NCBI GenBank assembly: GCA_951406725.2
Contig: OX597822.1
Span: 107,322,001 to 107,386,000 of the forward strand
Source of the DNA: Octopus vulgaris
Lineage: Eukaryota
Length of the DNA stretch: 64,000 bases
Direction of reading: 5' to 3'
This document shows, one piece after another, positions 43,070 through 58,052 of this stretch. The notes under the pieces were generated by a model. The model was not told the DNA's origin. It worked only from the letters and a program-made list of their open reading frames with translations, and made no database searches. A program made the position numbers and the translations under genes. Position 1 is the stretch's first letter. Every line of letters begins with the position of its first letter.

Positions 43070-43743
43070 AACATAGATAGACAGACAGATAGATAGACAA
43101 CCAGAGAGTCCGGCAAACAGACAGATAGATAGATAAATGATAGATAGATAGGTAGGTAGGTAGGTAGGTAGGTAGGTAGGTAGGTAGGTGGTATGTGGTA
43201 GGTAGATAGATAAATAGATAGATAGAGAGATAGGGAGATAAATAGATAGGTAGGCAGATAAGTAAATAGAAAGATAGATTGATAGATAGATAGATAAATA
43301 GATAAGTAGGTAGGTAGGTAGATAGATAGATAGAGAGAGAGAGAGAGAGGGAGAGAGTGTGTCAGAGAGAGGGAGAGAGTGTGTCAGAGAGAGGGAGTGA
43401 GAGAGAGAGAGAGAGAGGCGAAAAGATAAATAGACCAGGTAGGTAGGTTAGCAGGTAGGTAGGTAGGTAGGTAGGTAGGTAGGTAGGTAGGTAGGTAGGT
43501 AGGAAGGTAGGTAGGTAAATATATAGATAGATAAGTAGGTAGGTTGGTAGGTAGATAGGTAGATAGGTAGATAGATAGGTAGATAGGTAGATAGATAGGC
43601 AAGCTGGTAGACAGACAAATAGAAAGATATATAGATAAGTAGATAAGTATGTATGTATGTATGTACGTATGTAGGTTGGTAGGTAGGTAGGCAGGCAGGT
43701 TGGTAGGTAGTTAGGGAGGTAGTCGGGTAGGTGGGTAGATAGG

Positions 43744-43780
<37 letters not shown>
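43070..43780 (+). repeat. Compound (TAGA)/(TAGG)/(GA) tract
   Basis: Seen directly. Confidence 0.95.
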
Positions 43781-43782
<2 letters not shown>

Positions 43783-44358
43783 ATGAAAAGCCAGACGTCG
43801 ATGGGAAACAGAAGAAAATGCACAAATTAGAATAGGTAAATAATATACCATATATATATATATGTGAATATGAATAAGTCTGTATATGTGTGTGAATGTG
43901 TGTGTATATATATATATATATATAGATATATGTATGTATGTAATTATGTATTTATATGTATATAAATATACATATATATATGTATTTAAGTATGTATATA
44001 TATATATAAATATATATGTATATATAAGGACAATATCGTTAATTTAAAATAAAATAACGATTTTATCAAGTGGCCAGCATGGAAAAAAATAACCATCAAA
44101 GGTAATAACTATTAAAACTATAAATTAGGGTATCTAAGGTGGTTTTAGAGTCAGATCATGGCTGGTATTTTCAGCATGGTGGTATCTCGTATCTATGTAT
44201 GTATGTATTTATGCATGTATGTATGTAAATTGACTCTACGTAGATTGATGTGTTGTTTTTCTTATTCGCTTTCTGATGTTTTTCGAATAAATTCTGTAAC
44301 AAAAACAAACAAAAATTCGTTTTGAATAAGAATGGTATTTAGTTAATATTCTTAGGGT

Positions 44359-44750
44359 GGAGTGGGTGGAAGCACTCCGTCGGTTACGACGACGAGGGTT
44401 CCGGTTGATCCGAATCAACGGAACAGCCTACTCGTGAAATTAACGTGTAAGTGGCTGAGCACTCCACAGACACGTGTACCCTTAACGCAGTTCTCGGGGA
44501 TATTCAGCGTGACACAAAGAGTGACAAGGCCGGCCCTTTGAAATACAGGTACAACAGAAACAGGAAGTAAGAGTGAGAGAAAGTTGTGGTGAAAGAGTAC
44601 AGCAGGGATCACCACCATCCCCTGCCGGAGCCTCGTGGAGCTTTAGGTGTTTCGCTCAATAAACACTCACAACGCCCGGTCTGGGAATCGAAACCGCGAT
44701 CCTACGACCGCGAGTCCGCTGCCCTAACCACTGGGCCATTGCGCCTCCAC
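44359..44750 (-). mobile_element. SINE family C, young
   Basis: Full copy; 11-bp TSD attcttagggt at 44348-44358 and 44751-44761. Confidence 0.93.
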
Positions 44751-45348
44751 ATTCTTAGGGTAAGAACTTGTTGTTATCATCATCATCACCATCATCACCA
44801 TTGTTATTGTTGTTGTTGCTGTTTTCATTGTTTATTTTTGCTGTATTGTTGTTCTTGTTGTTGTTGCCGTTCACGTGACCCTCTTTTGATGTGGCAGATG
44901 AAATTTTTTCTCACTGTCTAAAGTTTGCTTTCTTGCGCATGGGTTGATTTGGTCTGTGAAACTCCACCATTTGGCGGGGTGGTGGTGCTGATGGGGGCAA
45001 GGAGAGAAAAAAACGTAAGGTGCTGCGGTTTACAAGGGTGAGACGATCAAATAATATGGGGTCAACTGATTTTAAATATATAACATTCGAACACGGAAAA
45101 AATACATTGGTTTCTACCTAATCAAAACAAATCATCACCATCCTCGCAACCGTCATCATGTTTATCGTCATCATCATCATCATCGTCACCGTCATCATCA
45201 TCATCATCGTCGTCGTTATCATCATCACCATCATTCATCATCCGTAATACAATAAAAGTCAAGGACTGGGGACGATGCAATCAGCTACTCATCACTCAAA
45301 ACAAACCAAAAGATCAGGCCTTGTGTTTGAATAATAATTACCATAATA

Positions 45349-45725
45349 TAGATAGGAGCACACGATGAGGGTCCCAGCTGATACGATCAACGGAACAGCT
45401 TGCTCGTGATATTAACGTGCAAGTGGTTGAGCACTCCACAGACACGTGTACCCTTAACGTAGTTCTCGGGGATATTCAGCGTGACACACAGAATGTGACA
45501 AGGCTGGCCCTTTGAAATACAGGTACAAGAGAAACAGGAAGAAAGAGCGAGAGTAGGTTGTGGTGAAAGAGTACAGCAGGGATCACCACCACCCCCTGCC
45601 GGAGCCTCGTGGAGCTTTAGGTGTTTTCGCTCAATAAACACTCACAATGCCCGGTCTGGGAATCGAAACCGCGATCCTACGACCGCGAGTCCGCTGCCCT
45701 AACCACTGGGCCATTGCGCCTCCAC
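45349..45725 (-). mobile_element. SINE family C, young
   Basis: Full copy; 13-bp TSD aattaccataata at 45336-45348 and 45726-45738. Confidence 0.93.
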
Positions 45726-45819
45726 AATTACCATAATACTGATAATGATAATACCGATAATAATAAAAATAATAACGACGACGACGACGATGATGATGAT
45801 GATGATGATGGTGATGACG

Positions 45820-46144
45820 ATTTCATGATTTTGGCACTAGGCCAGCAATTTCGGTGGAGGGTGCTTAACTGGAACTCATTTTATCAACTCTGAAAAGATG
45901 AAAGGCAAAGTGGACCTCGGCGGAAATTTGAACTCAGAACTTACACCACCGCCAACAACAACAACAGCAGCAATAATAATACTTATTATTATTATTTCAA
46001 ATGTTTGCCATAAGGACAGCAGCTTGGGGTGGGATGTAAGGATGAGTCGATTACATCGATCCCAGAGTTCAACTGGTATTTATTTTATCGACCCCGAAAG
46101 GATGAAAGGCAAAGTCAACCCCCATGGAATTTGAACAGAGAACT

Positions 46145-46176
<32 letters not shown>

Positions 46177-46587
46177 CGGTAATAGTTATCCTTTCTACGA
46201 TAGGCACAAGGCCTGAAATTTGTGTGGAGGGGACTAGTTGATTACATCGACACCAGTGTTTCATTGGTACTTAATTTATCGACCCCGAAAGGATGAAAGG
46301 CAAATTCTACCTCGGTGGAATTTGAACTCAGAACGTAGCGACCGGTGAAATACATATTTCTTTACGACCCACTAGGAGCTAAACACAGAGAGGACAAACA
46401 AGGACAGACAAACGGATTAAGTCGATTATATCGACCCCAGTGCGTAACTGGTACTTATTTAATCGACACCGAAAGGATGAAAGGCAAAGTCGACCTCGGC
46501 GGAATTTGAACTCAAAACGTAGCGGCAGACGAAATACTGCTAAGCATTTCGCCCGGCGTGCTCATGTTTCTGTCAGCTCGCCGTCTT
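45820..46587 (-). mobile_element. Cluster of about four SINE B units
   Basis: Repeated gaccccgaaaggatgaaaggcaaagtcgacctcggcggaatttgaactc cores separated by (ACA)/(ATT) runs. Confidence 0.88.
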
Positions 46588-46599
46588 ATATTACTGATT

Positions 46600-47108
46600 G
46601 CTTGTATTGGCCACAAGGGCCCAAGACATGGAGGGCAATATCGAGGGAGGAGTTACAGCACAGCAAAAATTTACGGAAACAAAACATGTGGAGTTAACAT
46701 CAATGAAGGGGTGATACAACCACATTAAAGGATATAACAGAGGATATATATAATAGAAGGTAGAGAAATAAATAATGAATAAGTAAATAGAATTCCCAAT
46801 AGCGGGGCAGGCCACATGGGAGTAAACCCCACACAAAAACCCCGAATTACTTTGCCATGTCGAAGGCATGGGAAAATGCCCTCTTCCAGTTTCTTTCCTC
46901 CTGCTTAAGAAAACATATTCAGAGTAGTTCCATTCAGTCTCACCAGTCTTATCACTGTCGACCGCCTTTTGATTATCACACTAGAAGGCAGCACAACCTT
47001 CTCTATCCTCACCTTCCTCGTCAAATGATATTTGAAGAAATTGATGAGGGCATGACCAGATAAGAATGTGCCTGTCTTCGAAACTTTCAGTAGGGTCCCC
47101 CACACAGT
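46600..47108 (-). mobile_element. L1/Tx1-like LINE 3' end (ORF2 C-terminus and 3' UTR)
   Basis: TVWGTLLKVSKTGTFLSGHALINFFKYHLTRKVRIEK...* followed by a T-rich UTR ending cccttgtggccaata; clade assignment is from recalled similarity. Confidence 0.65.
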
Positions 47109-47616
47109 AATATAGTAATAATAATAATAATAATAATAATGATAATAATAATAATAATAATAACAACAACAACAATAATAATAATAATAATTTCTTTTAT
47201 TAGCCAAAAGAGCATAAATGTGCCCCGACTCAATTTGAGGCATTGGCTTTCATAGATTCTGATTTTAAGATGTTTAGCCTTATAATAAAAGGGCTAGAGC
47301 AAATATTCTGCTCAAATCTACAGATTTGCTTGCTAGTTGCTTGACCTTAACCAGATGGGCATGTCTCTTAGTGGCTGACGATATGTGCATTTGACCACGA
47401 GTAGGAATAGCGAAGGGCATCATAGAATACTTCACCCTTGAAATACGGTCCGTCTTTGCAGTTTGAATTCAAATTCTGTCCAGGTCGACTTTGCCTTTCA
47501 TCCTTTCGGGGTCAATAAATTAGGTACCAGTGAAACACTGGGGTCGATGCATTCAACTAGTCCCTCCCATAAAATTCATGTCTTGTGCCTATAGTAGAAA
47601 GATTTCTTGTTGTTGC

Positions 47617-47649
<33 letters not shown>

Positions 47650-47650
<1 letters not shown>

Positions 47651-48002
47651 TTTACTTCCGCCTTAGCGAAGGCGGAGGTATTATTTTCAGTCGTGTTTGT
47701 TTGTTTGTTTGTCCATGGACAAGATACCTCAAGACCCGCTGGATGTTCAGCCTCGTGACTAGCACCAACTGATTAGATTTTGGGACCGATCCTGTACCGG
47801 ACAAGGATTCTGAATTATTCTTCCCATATTTTTTTTAACTTAATTTTTGGGAGCAGTCGGGTTCATTTTTAGTATTCTCGTTCGTGAGAGCAGTCGCGTA
47901 TATTTCAGATATTCTCATTTTAAAAATCATCTCTGGCTAATCGTTGAGAGGACGTTGGTGTTGCCTTGGCGGAGATTTGCGCTCTCTGCGCGCTCTTCTT
48001 AT
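47650..48002 (+). mobile_element. Non-autonomous Helentron/DINE-like element
   Basis: 5' hairpin cttccgccttagcgaaggcggagg, (TTTG)n, 3' subterminal ggcggag plus small hairpin gcgctctctgcgcgc; T-rich insertion site. Confidence 0.65.
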
Positions 48003-48029
48003 TACTATTTGATGAAAACCCACAGCTTA

Positions 48030-48480
48030 TTTTGTTGGGTATGATGGAATGTATCTCCTGTCCACAGCCAGCAGACTAAGACTTGTTTGCTAATCATGCT
48101 TCAAGAACCCTGAGGAGAACACTTGCAGTGCTAAGCAACAATGATTTTTGTAGGTGTTCTATATTTACATGCGTGCTAATCTTTTTGAGTCAATTTGCTA
48201 GTGGGGTACTGATCCTCCTCATGTGAGCCTATCACCACTGGTATTAGGTTCACTCTCTTCAATGCTCACAACCTGCGCATTCCCCACTTCATTTCATAAT
48301 AGTGGTTCACTTTTTTCTTTTGCTCTTCTTTCTCTTCGGTCCTGTTGTCACCAGGACATGTTATGCTGATTATCAGGCATTTTTTTTCTGCTCACTACAA
48401 CAATGTCAGGTTTCCGATTGCTAATCTGATTATCAATGAATCATTCCATCCACAGGATTTTGCAGTCCTTCTTCTCAGTG
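48030..48480 (-). mobile_element. R4/Dong-type LINE fragment (restriction-like endonuclease C-terminus)
   Basis: KDCKILW, NRKPDIVVV, KCLIISITCPGDNR, LIPVVIG and EHLQKSLLLSTASVLLRVLEA*, with frameshifts. Confidence 0.85.
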
Positions 48481-48645
48481 CAAAATACTTAATGGTATTT
48501 CGTCCGACTGTATGTTCTCTGTTCAAATGCCGTCGCGGTTGACTTTTTCTTTCGTTAATAGAATAATTAGCTGTTGATGTAGTTGATTTAACCCTTTCCC
48601 CCCAAATTGCTAGCTTTGTCCCAAAATTTGAAATCATAATCATCC

Positions 48646-48718
<73 letters not shown>

Positions 48719-49196
48719 GGCAGTGAGCTGGCAGAATCGTTAGCACGCATAGCGGTACTTCGTCTGCAGTTACGTTCTGAGTTCAAATTCCGCCGATGTC
48801 GACTTTGCATTTCATCATTTCGGGATCGATTAAATAAGTACCAGTTACGCACTGGGGTCACGCACTTGTGTCAAAGTCTCAAACACTCTCATCACCATCA
48901 TCATCCGTCAAAGCGTCGAGCTGGATGAATTATCAGGGGGTCAAATGTAATGCCTTTCTTTCGGTTCTCTGTTTTCCGAATTGAAGTTCCGCGGTGTTCA
49001 AACTTTATCTTTCATCCTTTCGGAGTCGTAAATTAACGTACCAGTGAAATACTGAGGTTGATGGTATCGACTTATTCCCTTTCCCTCAAAACTCCTGTGA
49101 AAATTTGAAGCGACCACCTCCCCACCATCCCCGTTGTCATCGTCATCATCATCATCATCATCACCGTCATCATCATCATCGTCATCGTCATCATCG

Positions 49197-49228
<32 letters not shown>

Positions 49229-50165
49229 GTCATCGTCAACGTCATCGTCGTCGTCGTCGTCGTTGTTTTTGTCGTCAAAACACGTTACCACGAAGGACGA
49301 AATACTTAGCGGTATTTCGTCCGTCTACGTTCTGAGTTCAAATTCCGCCGAAGTCGACTTTGCCTTTCATCCTTTCGGGGTCTATAAATTAAGTACCAGT
49401 TGTATACTGGGGTCGATCTAATATCTGGCTCCCTCCACCTAAAATTTCGGGCCTTGTGCCAAGAGTAGAAAATAATCGCTAGCGCACCGGATAGAATGCT
49501 TAGCAGCATTTCGTCCGTCTTTACTTTCTGAATTCAAATTCCGCCGAAACCCACTTTCTTTGCATCCTTTCGGAGTCGGTAAAATAAGTACCAGCTGAAT
49601 ACTAAGGTCAATATAATCGATTAAGCTCTTCACCCGAAATTGCTGGCCCCATGACAAAAATTTTATACTATTTATTATTATGATTTGTGGAGGCACGTAG
49701 CTTAGTGGTTAGGGTGTCAACAACATTTTCGTAAGATTCTGGTTACGATTCCTGGACTGGGCGACGCGTTGGGTTCTTGAGCAAAACACTTCATTTCACG
49801 TTGCTCCAGTCCACTCAGCTGGCAAAAATGAGTAACACTGCAATGGACTGGCGACCCGTCCAGCCGGGGAACACATACGCCATAGAAACCAGGAAACCGG
49901 GCCCATGAGCCTGCCTAGGCTTGAAAAGGGCGCATTTATTTATTTATTTATTTTATTATTACGATTAAGACGATGAGCTGACAAAATCGTTAGCACGCTG
50001 TCTAAAATGCATTACGTTCTGAGTTCAAATTCGGCCGAGGTCTACTTTGCATTTTATCCTATCGGGCTCGATAAAATACGTACCAGTTGAACACTGGGAT
50101 CGATGTAATCGATTCACCCACTTCCCCCGACATTGCTGGCCTTGGTCCAAAATCCGAAATCATTA
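48470..50165 (+). mobile_element. Cluster of about six SINE B units plus one family D SINE (49686-49945)
   Basis: Repeated B cores interleaved with (ATT)n and (CAT)n. Confidence 0.85.
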
Positions 50166-50447
50166 TCAGAGTTATTGATTATTTGCAAAGACACACGGCA
50201 GTTATTAATATTTTCTTTCTAGTAACAGTCTTCGACAGCCATATGCATAACTAGTAATCCCGATCTCTCCCTGTATCACTCTCTTTCTTTCTTCCTCATT
50301 TTCTTACTTTCAGTTTCACTTTCACCCTCTCTATTTTTTTAATGTGTGTCAAATCAGGTCAGGTCAGCCGGTTTCTATCTTGTTGTTGTTGCAATTGGTA
50401 TTGTTGTCTTGCACACATACATCCATACACACACACACACACTTATG

Positions 50448-50518
<71 letters not shown>

Positions 50519-50752
50519 GCACGCACGCATACAAGCGCGCCCGCGCTCGTGTATTTATTCGTGCGGAGATTATTTCCCTTGTAACTGCCACCTTTGTTTA
50601 CATCAAAAGCTCTTTCCTACACCGGATGGAATTATACAGTCACTATTCACCATTAAACAATATATACATCACTTGACCCGTCCGTCTCTCCTCTCCCCAC
50701 CACCACCACATTGCCACCTGATCTCACCTACTGCACACACATGCATACATAC

Positions 50753-50783
<31 letters not shown>

Positions 50784-51959
50784 CATACATACATACATAC
50801 ATGCATGCATACATACATACATACAAATACGAACTTGCATTCCTATGCAATCACACACTCGTTACGGTATTTCTATTCGAGTCTCTTTCTCTCTGTTTCT
50901 TTCGTTTCGTTCGCTCCTTTATTTCTTTCGCCCTGTTCTCTTCTGGCTCTTAACTCCATCTCCATCTTCATCCGCATCACCTTACTCTTTTATTTTCCAC
51001 CTCCGTCTCTTCTTATCAATCTTTCCGGTTACCATCGTCACCGCTTCCTGCTTCAAAATCTCTCACAACAGCACAGATGTTCTCTCCTAGAATCCCCCAC
51101 CGTTCCGCCGCCTCTGATTTCATTCCTTCTCTCCCGCTCTCTCGTCCGTCTCCCTCTCCCTCTCCCTCCCTTCTCTCTTTCATTGTCTATCTTTCCTTCT
51201 ATCTCCTTCACACTCTATTTTCGTCTCGTCATTTGACGCTGTCTTCCGTAGGAATACCTCTACAAAAGCTCTCCGACTGGGAAGACAAATCTCCGTTTAA
51301 CTTTCTTCCTTGTTCTTGGATTTGGTTCCTGCTGCTATTGCAGCTCCTACGACTGTTGCTGCTGCTGGTGCTTTTGCTGCTGCGGCTGCAGTGTGCTGTT
51401 AGTGATGTAGAGGGCGATGTTGTTGGTGATGTTGATGATAAACAGGAAGAACGTGTGAGCGATAGCGAAGATGATACTCTCCCAGCTGCCGTGGTTGTTG
51501 CTCTTGTTAATATAGTCCATTGTTGTTGTGGTTGCTGTTGCTGCAACATTCGTCGATTTCTTTCTTTCCTCCTCTCTCTTTTTCTCTCTCTCTCTTATCT
51601 CTCTCTCTCTTTCTCTCTCTCTCTCTCATCTCTCTCTCCTCCCCTCACTCTCACTCGTTATCATAGAATCGGCTTCGCTGTTCTGTATGAGGGTCATGGG
51701 AGACGACTCATAGTTTGACTTTCTTTTAAAGAAATTGAAAAGGATTGATGTAGGGGCCTTCATGTTAAAAGAACCATTCCTTGCGGATGGTTACAAAGCG
51801 GGGTATTAAATTCAATAACAATCACAGGTAAAAAAAATCATTTAGATAACAAAATTCTACCTGTGATTGATAATGGGGTTAACCGAAATTATTGAGCACC
51901 TTACTTGCTGCTTTTCAGCTTTCACATTTATACCCTTGATCTTTCTCAGATCTATGAAT

Positions 51960-52390
51960 GGACACACCCCTATATAAATTGGCATACAAAAATTTCAAGA
52001 CTAGAAGTGATGGGCAAAGCTGATACCTTAGTTTAAGTAACTTTCTCAATATGCCCAGGAAGAGGTCTAAACTTCTAAGACACCAAAACGTGTGCTAGCC
52101 AGGTCGCTGGATCCAGCAATTTTATTAAGGGCAATAAATAAAAATGAGGTTATGTTACAGTACTTACAAATTTATGAATTGTACACATCTCTATATAAAG
52201 GGTTATTCTGTAGTTTAGAAACTAGAGGTGATGGGCAAGACTGATGATATACGAAAGATCGGTTCCGCAAATATATGCAGCAATAACTAAATTTTGAGGT
52301 GCCAAAATGTGTGTTGCCTGGGCTTTAGTAATCAGGTATTGTTTTAGGTTGATTATTAAAAATGGGACTATGTCATAGCAATAGTATCAC
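51960..52390 (+). repeat. Diverged tandem duplication, period about 221 bp
   Basis: ctagaagtgatgggcaaagctgata (52001) versus ctagaggtgatgggcaagactgatg (52222), with colinear downstream matches. Confidence 0.7.
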
Positions 52391-52904
52391 TGATATGTTA
52401 GCCGAAGAGCATTGGATAAATTATAAGGCTGATATGTAAGGTTAAGATGTAAGGTTAAGATACAACGCGAAGATGCAGGACTAAGATACAAGGTTAAAAT
52501 ATAAGTCGGCAAAATTATACAGCCACGATTTATTCTTACCTATTTAACACATTTGTGAACTTGAGAAAATATAAGGACTTTTACTGTGTTATTGACACTA
52601 TTGTGAATATTAAGTCGTTTTTGTTGTTGTTGATGATGAGGAGGAGGATGACCATAATGATGATGATGACATTTAATTCGAGGTCAGCGTTATTTGAGCA
52701 TCTTTGTGTTCAAGAATAGTTCAACTACGACCATTTTCCCTTCTCTTCTTATTGTGCAAAAGTATCTTCTTTCAATTACACCTGTATAGTTTAAGGAAAA
52801 ATCGTTTGTTTATTTCTACTCTGTTTGGGTCGACCATTTAGAGTATCCGTTTTGAGCTCGCTTCCTCTTCCCTTTCCTCTTCCTCCTCCTGACCTTCGTC
52901 GTCG

Positions 52905-52942
<38 letters not shown>

Positions 52943-53309
52943 GTCATCATCTATGTAGTTCTTATTTTTAATTGAAGTATTTAAGATACTGACCCGGCAG
53001 AATCGTTTGCCGGACGAAATGTTTAACAGCATTTATTCCAGTTTTGCATTCTGAGTTCAAATTCCGTCGAGGTCTACTTAGCTTTTCACCTTCTTCAAAA
53101 TAAGAATCAGTTGGGCGCTGGTTTTGATGTAATTAACCTTCTACTCACTACAACTTTCAGGGCTTGCACCTACAGTAGAAAGGATTATTATCATTATTAT
53201 TTAGGCATGACATCAGCATTTTTGCGAGCAGGGTAAGTCCCTACTAGCGACATTTTTAGGGATTACACATCCCTTTGAAATTACTTTTGAATATATCTAT
53301 ATCTATCTA

Positions 53310-53708
53310 TGACTGTGCGGCAAGTAGCTTGCTTACCAACCACATGGTTCCAGGTTCAGTCCAACTGCGTGGCACCTTGGGAAAATGTCTTCTACCATAG
53401 CTTCGAGCCGACCAAATCCTTGTGAGTGGATTTGGTAGACTGAAAGGAGCCCCGTCGTATATATGTATATGTGTATATAAATGTGTATGTGTGTATTTGT
53501 GTGTTTGTGTTTGTCCTCAAGCATCGCTTGACAACCGATGCTGGTGTGTTTACGTCCTCGTAACTTAGCGGTTCGGCAAAAGAGACCGATAGAATAAGTA
53601 CTAGGCTTACAAAGAATAAGTCATGAGGTCGATTTGCTCGACTAAACGGGGTGCTCCAGCATGGCCGCAGTCAAATGACTGAAGCAGCAAGTAGAAGAGT
53701 AGAAGAGT
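53310..53708 (+). mobile_element. SINE family A
   Basis: Near full-length copy. Confidence 0.88.
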
Positions 53709-54169
53709 TTATGCGTCTAGTATAGTAATGTGCTGGAAGGCATTACGCGTAACCAAATATTAGGGCTCAATATAATTTACGTAGGTAGAATATATTAGGG
53801 TAAGCAATCCTCTAAATTCTGTATTCTTCGTTGCGAACGAAGAGAATAAGCATCGGTTGTATTACGCCATCAAGCATCTTGCTTAGATGTCTTGCGTAAC
53901 AATGGCAGCGGATGCATCGCATTGCGTGTATACTTTATAAAGGTTAAATATCAATTACGTTGTCTCTGTTCATTATTAGACACTTATTCACAGACATACA
54001 CATGCGCGCGCGCGCGCTCATACTCAGGAGCGAGAAGGCAGCTACTTGCGGCGTATTTTAATATGGTATATTTCAAGTAAAGTGCACTGAGAAATGTACG
54101 ACTCCTGGTACCAGTCCGAAATATTAGAAAAACGAACCGGATTACACGCGACTCTTAAGTCTAAATCTC

Positions 54170-54347
54170 TGTGTCTACCGTTACGTTCTGAGTTCAAATT
54201 CCGCCGAGGTCGACTTTGCCTTTCATCCTTTCGGGGTCGATAAATAGAGTACCAGTTTCTCACTGGGGTCAATGTAATCGACTTTATCCCTTTGTCTGTT
54301 CTTGTTTGTCCCCTCTATGTTTAGCCCCTTGTGGGCAATAAAGAAAT
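54170..54347 (+). mobile_element. SINE family B, 5'-truncated, long tail
   Basis: Core plus ccccttgtgggcaataaagaaa tail. Confidence 0.88.
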
Positions 54348-54479
54348 ATGTATATTAGTTCGCTGTCTACATTGTAAGTTCATAGCCTTATCGGGTTGCG
54401 TCGAATATGTTGTTGATATACACAATGAGTGTCACTGCATGCTCGAGAGCGCCGCTGTTAGTTTTGCTTCATTTACACT

Positions 54480-55100
54480 ATTTGAAACCCTACCTGTTAT
54501 GTTGCGGTTGGTTTATGAAGGACTTTGAAGTTGCTGCCCACATTTGAGTTTCCTGGCTCGAGGTAAGTTCATCTAGAACTCTTAAGAGCAGGCAATCCAG
54601 TTTTGCTTAGGAGACACTAACATCGACCCTATGTAGGTGTTTTAAGAGGATACTGAAAAGCTATTCGTCATTGAAAGCCAAGCTGTTGCACTATCTGGTC
54701 CTGTCTTGATGTCGATGTTAGGATCTTTGGCCTTATTCAGTGACGCCTCGTTCTGTTGCTTGTGTAACCTACAATGCTAAAGTTTAGTACAAATCCTAAG
54801 ATTTCAAAGATTTCTATCGGCATTTCGTTCTTGGGAACAGAACTGAACCATCTCAGGCTGTCACAGTAGCTGACCTATCGCATTAAGATGATCTCTTTTG
54901 TATAGCGTTTCTGGGTTGCTTCGAGTTCCAGTGTTAATTTAATGTTGACCATCATTAGGAGCGGTAGCCTAAGCGGCTGAGCTCAAATGTTTTTCTCGGG
55001 GTCAGTCATGAAATCCTGTTCTCTTGTTCTGAAATTCTTAGGATTCGTTCATCCAGCCGCATGAATTTTATTGCCAGCTTCGTAATAAGCACTTAGGAAG
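54480..55100 (-). mobile_element. Decayed CR1/L2-group LINE 3' region
   Basis: Remnants FRTREQDFM, IKLTLELEATQKRY and LHRVDVSVS*AKLDCLLLRVLDELTSSQETQMWAATSKS. Confidence 0.75.
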
Positions 55101-55204
55101 ATGTATTATTACCGCTGAGTTAAACACACACAGATACACACACACACACACAGACGGATAGACAGATGGATATCTATGTATATACATACACACGTACATA
55201 TATG

Positions 55205-55410
55205 CATGTATGTATGTATGTATGTATGTATGTATGTATGTATGTATGTATGTATGTATGTATGTACGTACGTACGTATGTATGTATGTATGTATGTATG
55301 TATGTATGTATGAATGTATGAATGTATGTATGTATGTATGTATGTATGTATGTATGCATGCATGTATGTATGTATGTATGTATGTATGTATGCATGCATG
55401 TATGTATGTA
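55205..55410 (+). repeat. (TATG)n tract
   Basis: Seen directly. Confidence 0.95.
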
Positions 55411-55520
55411 TATGTACGGTATCTTTGTTTTTGTGTTCGTGTCCCTCGTATCGCTCGAAAACCGGTGCGAGTTTGTTTGCGCTATTTTAATTTGACGGTC
55501 CTGCAAAAGAGACCACTAAA

Positions 55521-55556
<36 letters not shown>

Positions 55557-55637
55557 AATTATATAATTTTATTACATTATTTTATATTATGTTATATATA
55601 TATATATATGTATGTATAATATAATATTATATATATA

Positions 55638-55701
<64 letters not shown>

Positions 55702-55704
55702 CAT

Positions 55705-55741
<37 letters not shown>

Positions 55742-56199
55742 ACGTGTATATTTCTAATATGTGTATTATATGTATATGTATTAGAATGATTGCTTCTATT
55801 TAAGGTTTTTCTTTAATGATATCGATCCTTACAATTTATTTTGATCTAAGTCTTATTTTATCGATCTGTGATTTCTAAAATGGATAATAAGTTTTACCTC
55901 GGTTTTTTGGTGTAAAGGGAGGTAATTCGACTTACGATTTACACAGCTGTACTTAAATAACACACACACACACACACACAGACACATTCATACAGGTGCG
56001 TGCACACACGCATGTGAATGAATATTTGCATGCACCGTCGCTTGTGTGCGTGCGTGCTTGTGTGTGTGTGTGTGTGTGTGTATCTGTGTATATGTGTATG
56101 TGTTTGTGTGTCGGTGCGTGGTTTACTCTTATGAATTCGCTCCATCTGTATTTGCGCATTTATCTCTCCAATCTCTCTCTATACGTAATACAAATGCAT

Positions 56200-58052
<1,853 letters not shown>

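Noticed and set aside
45820-50165. Repeated conserved units resembling a CRISPR-like array
   Set aside because: Irregular spacing, units are SINE cores, and the context is eukaryotic
51077-51718. 213-aa plus-strand ORF with a Leu-rich stretch
   Set aside because: Composition derives from CT and CTG repeats; no recognisable domain
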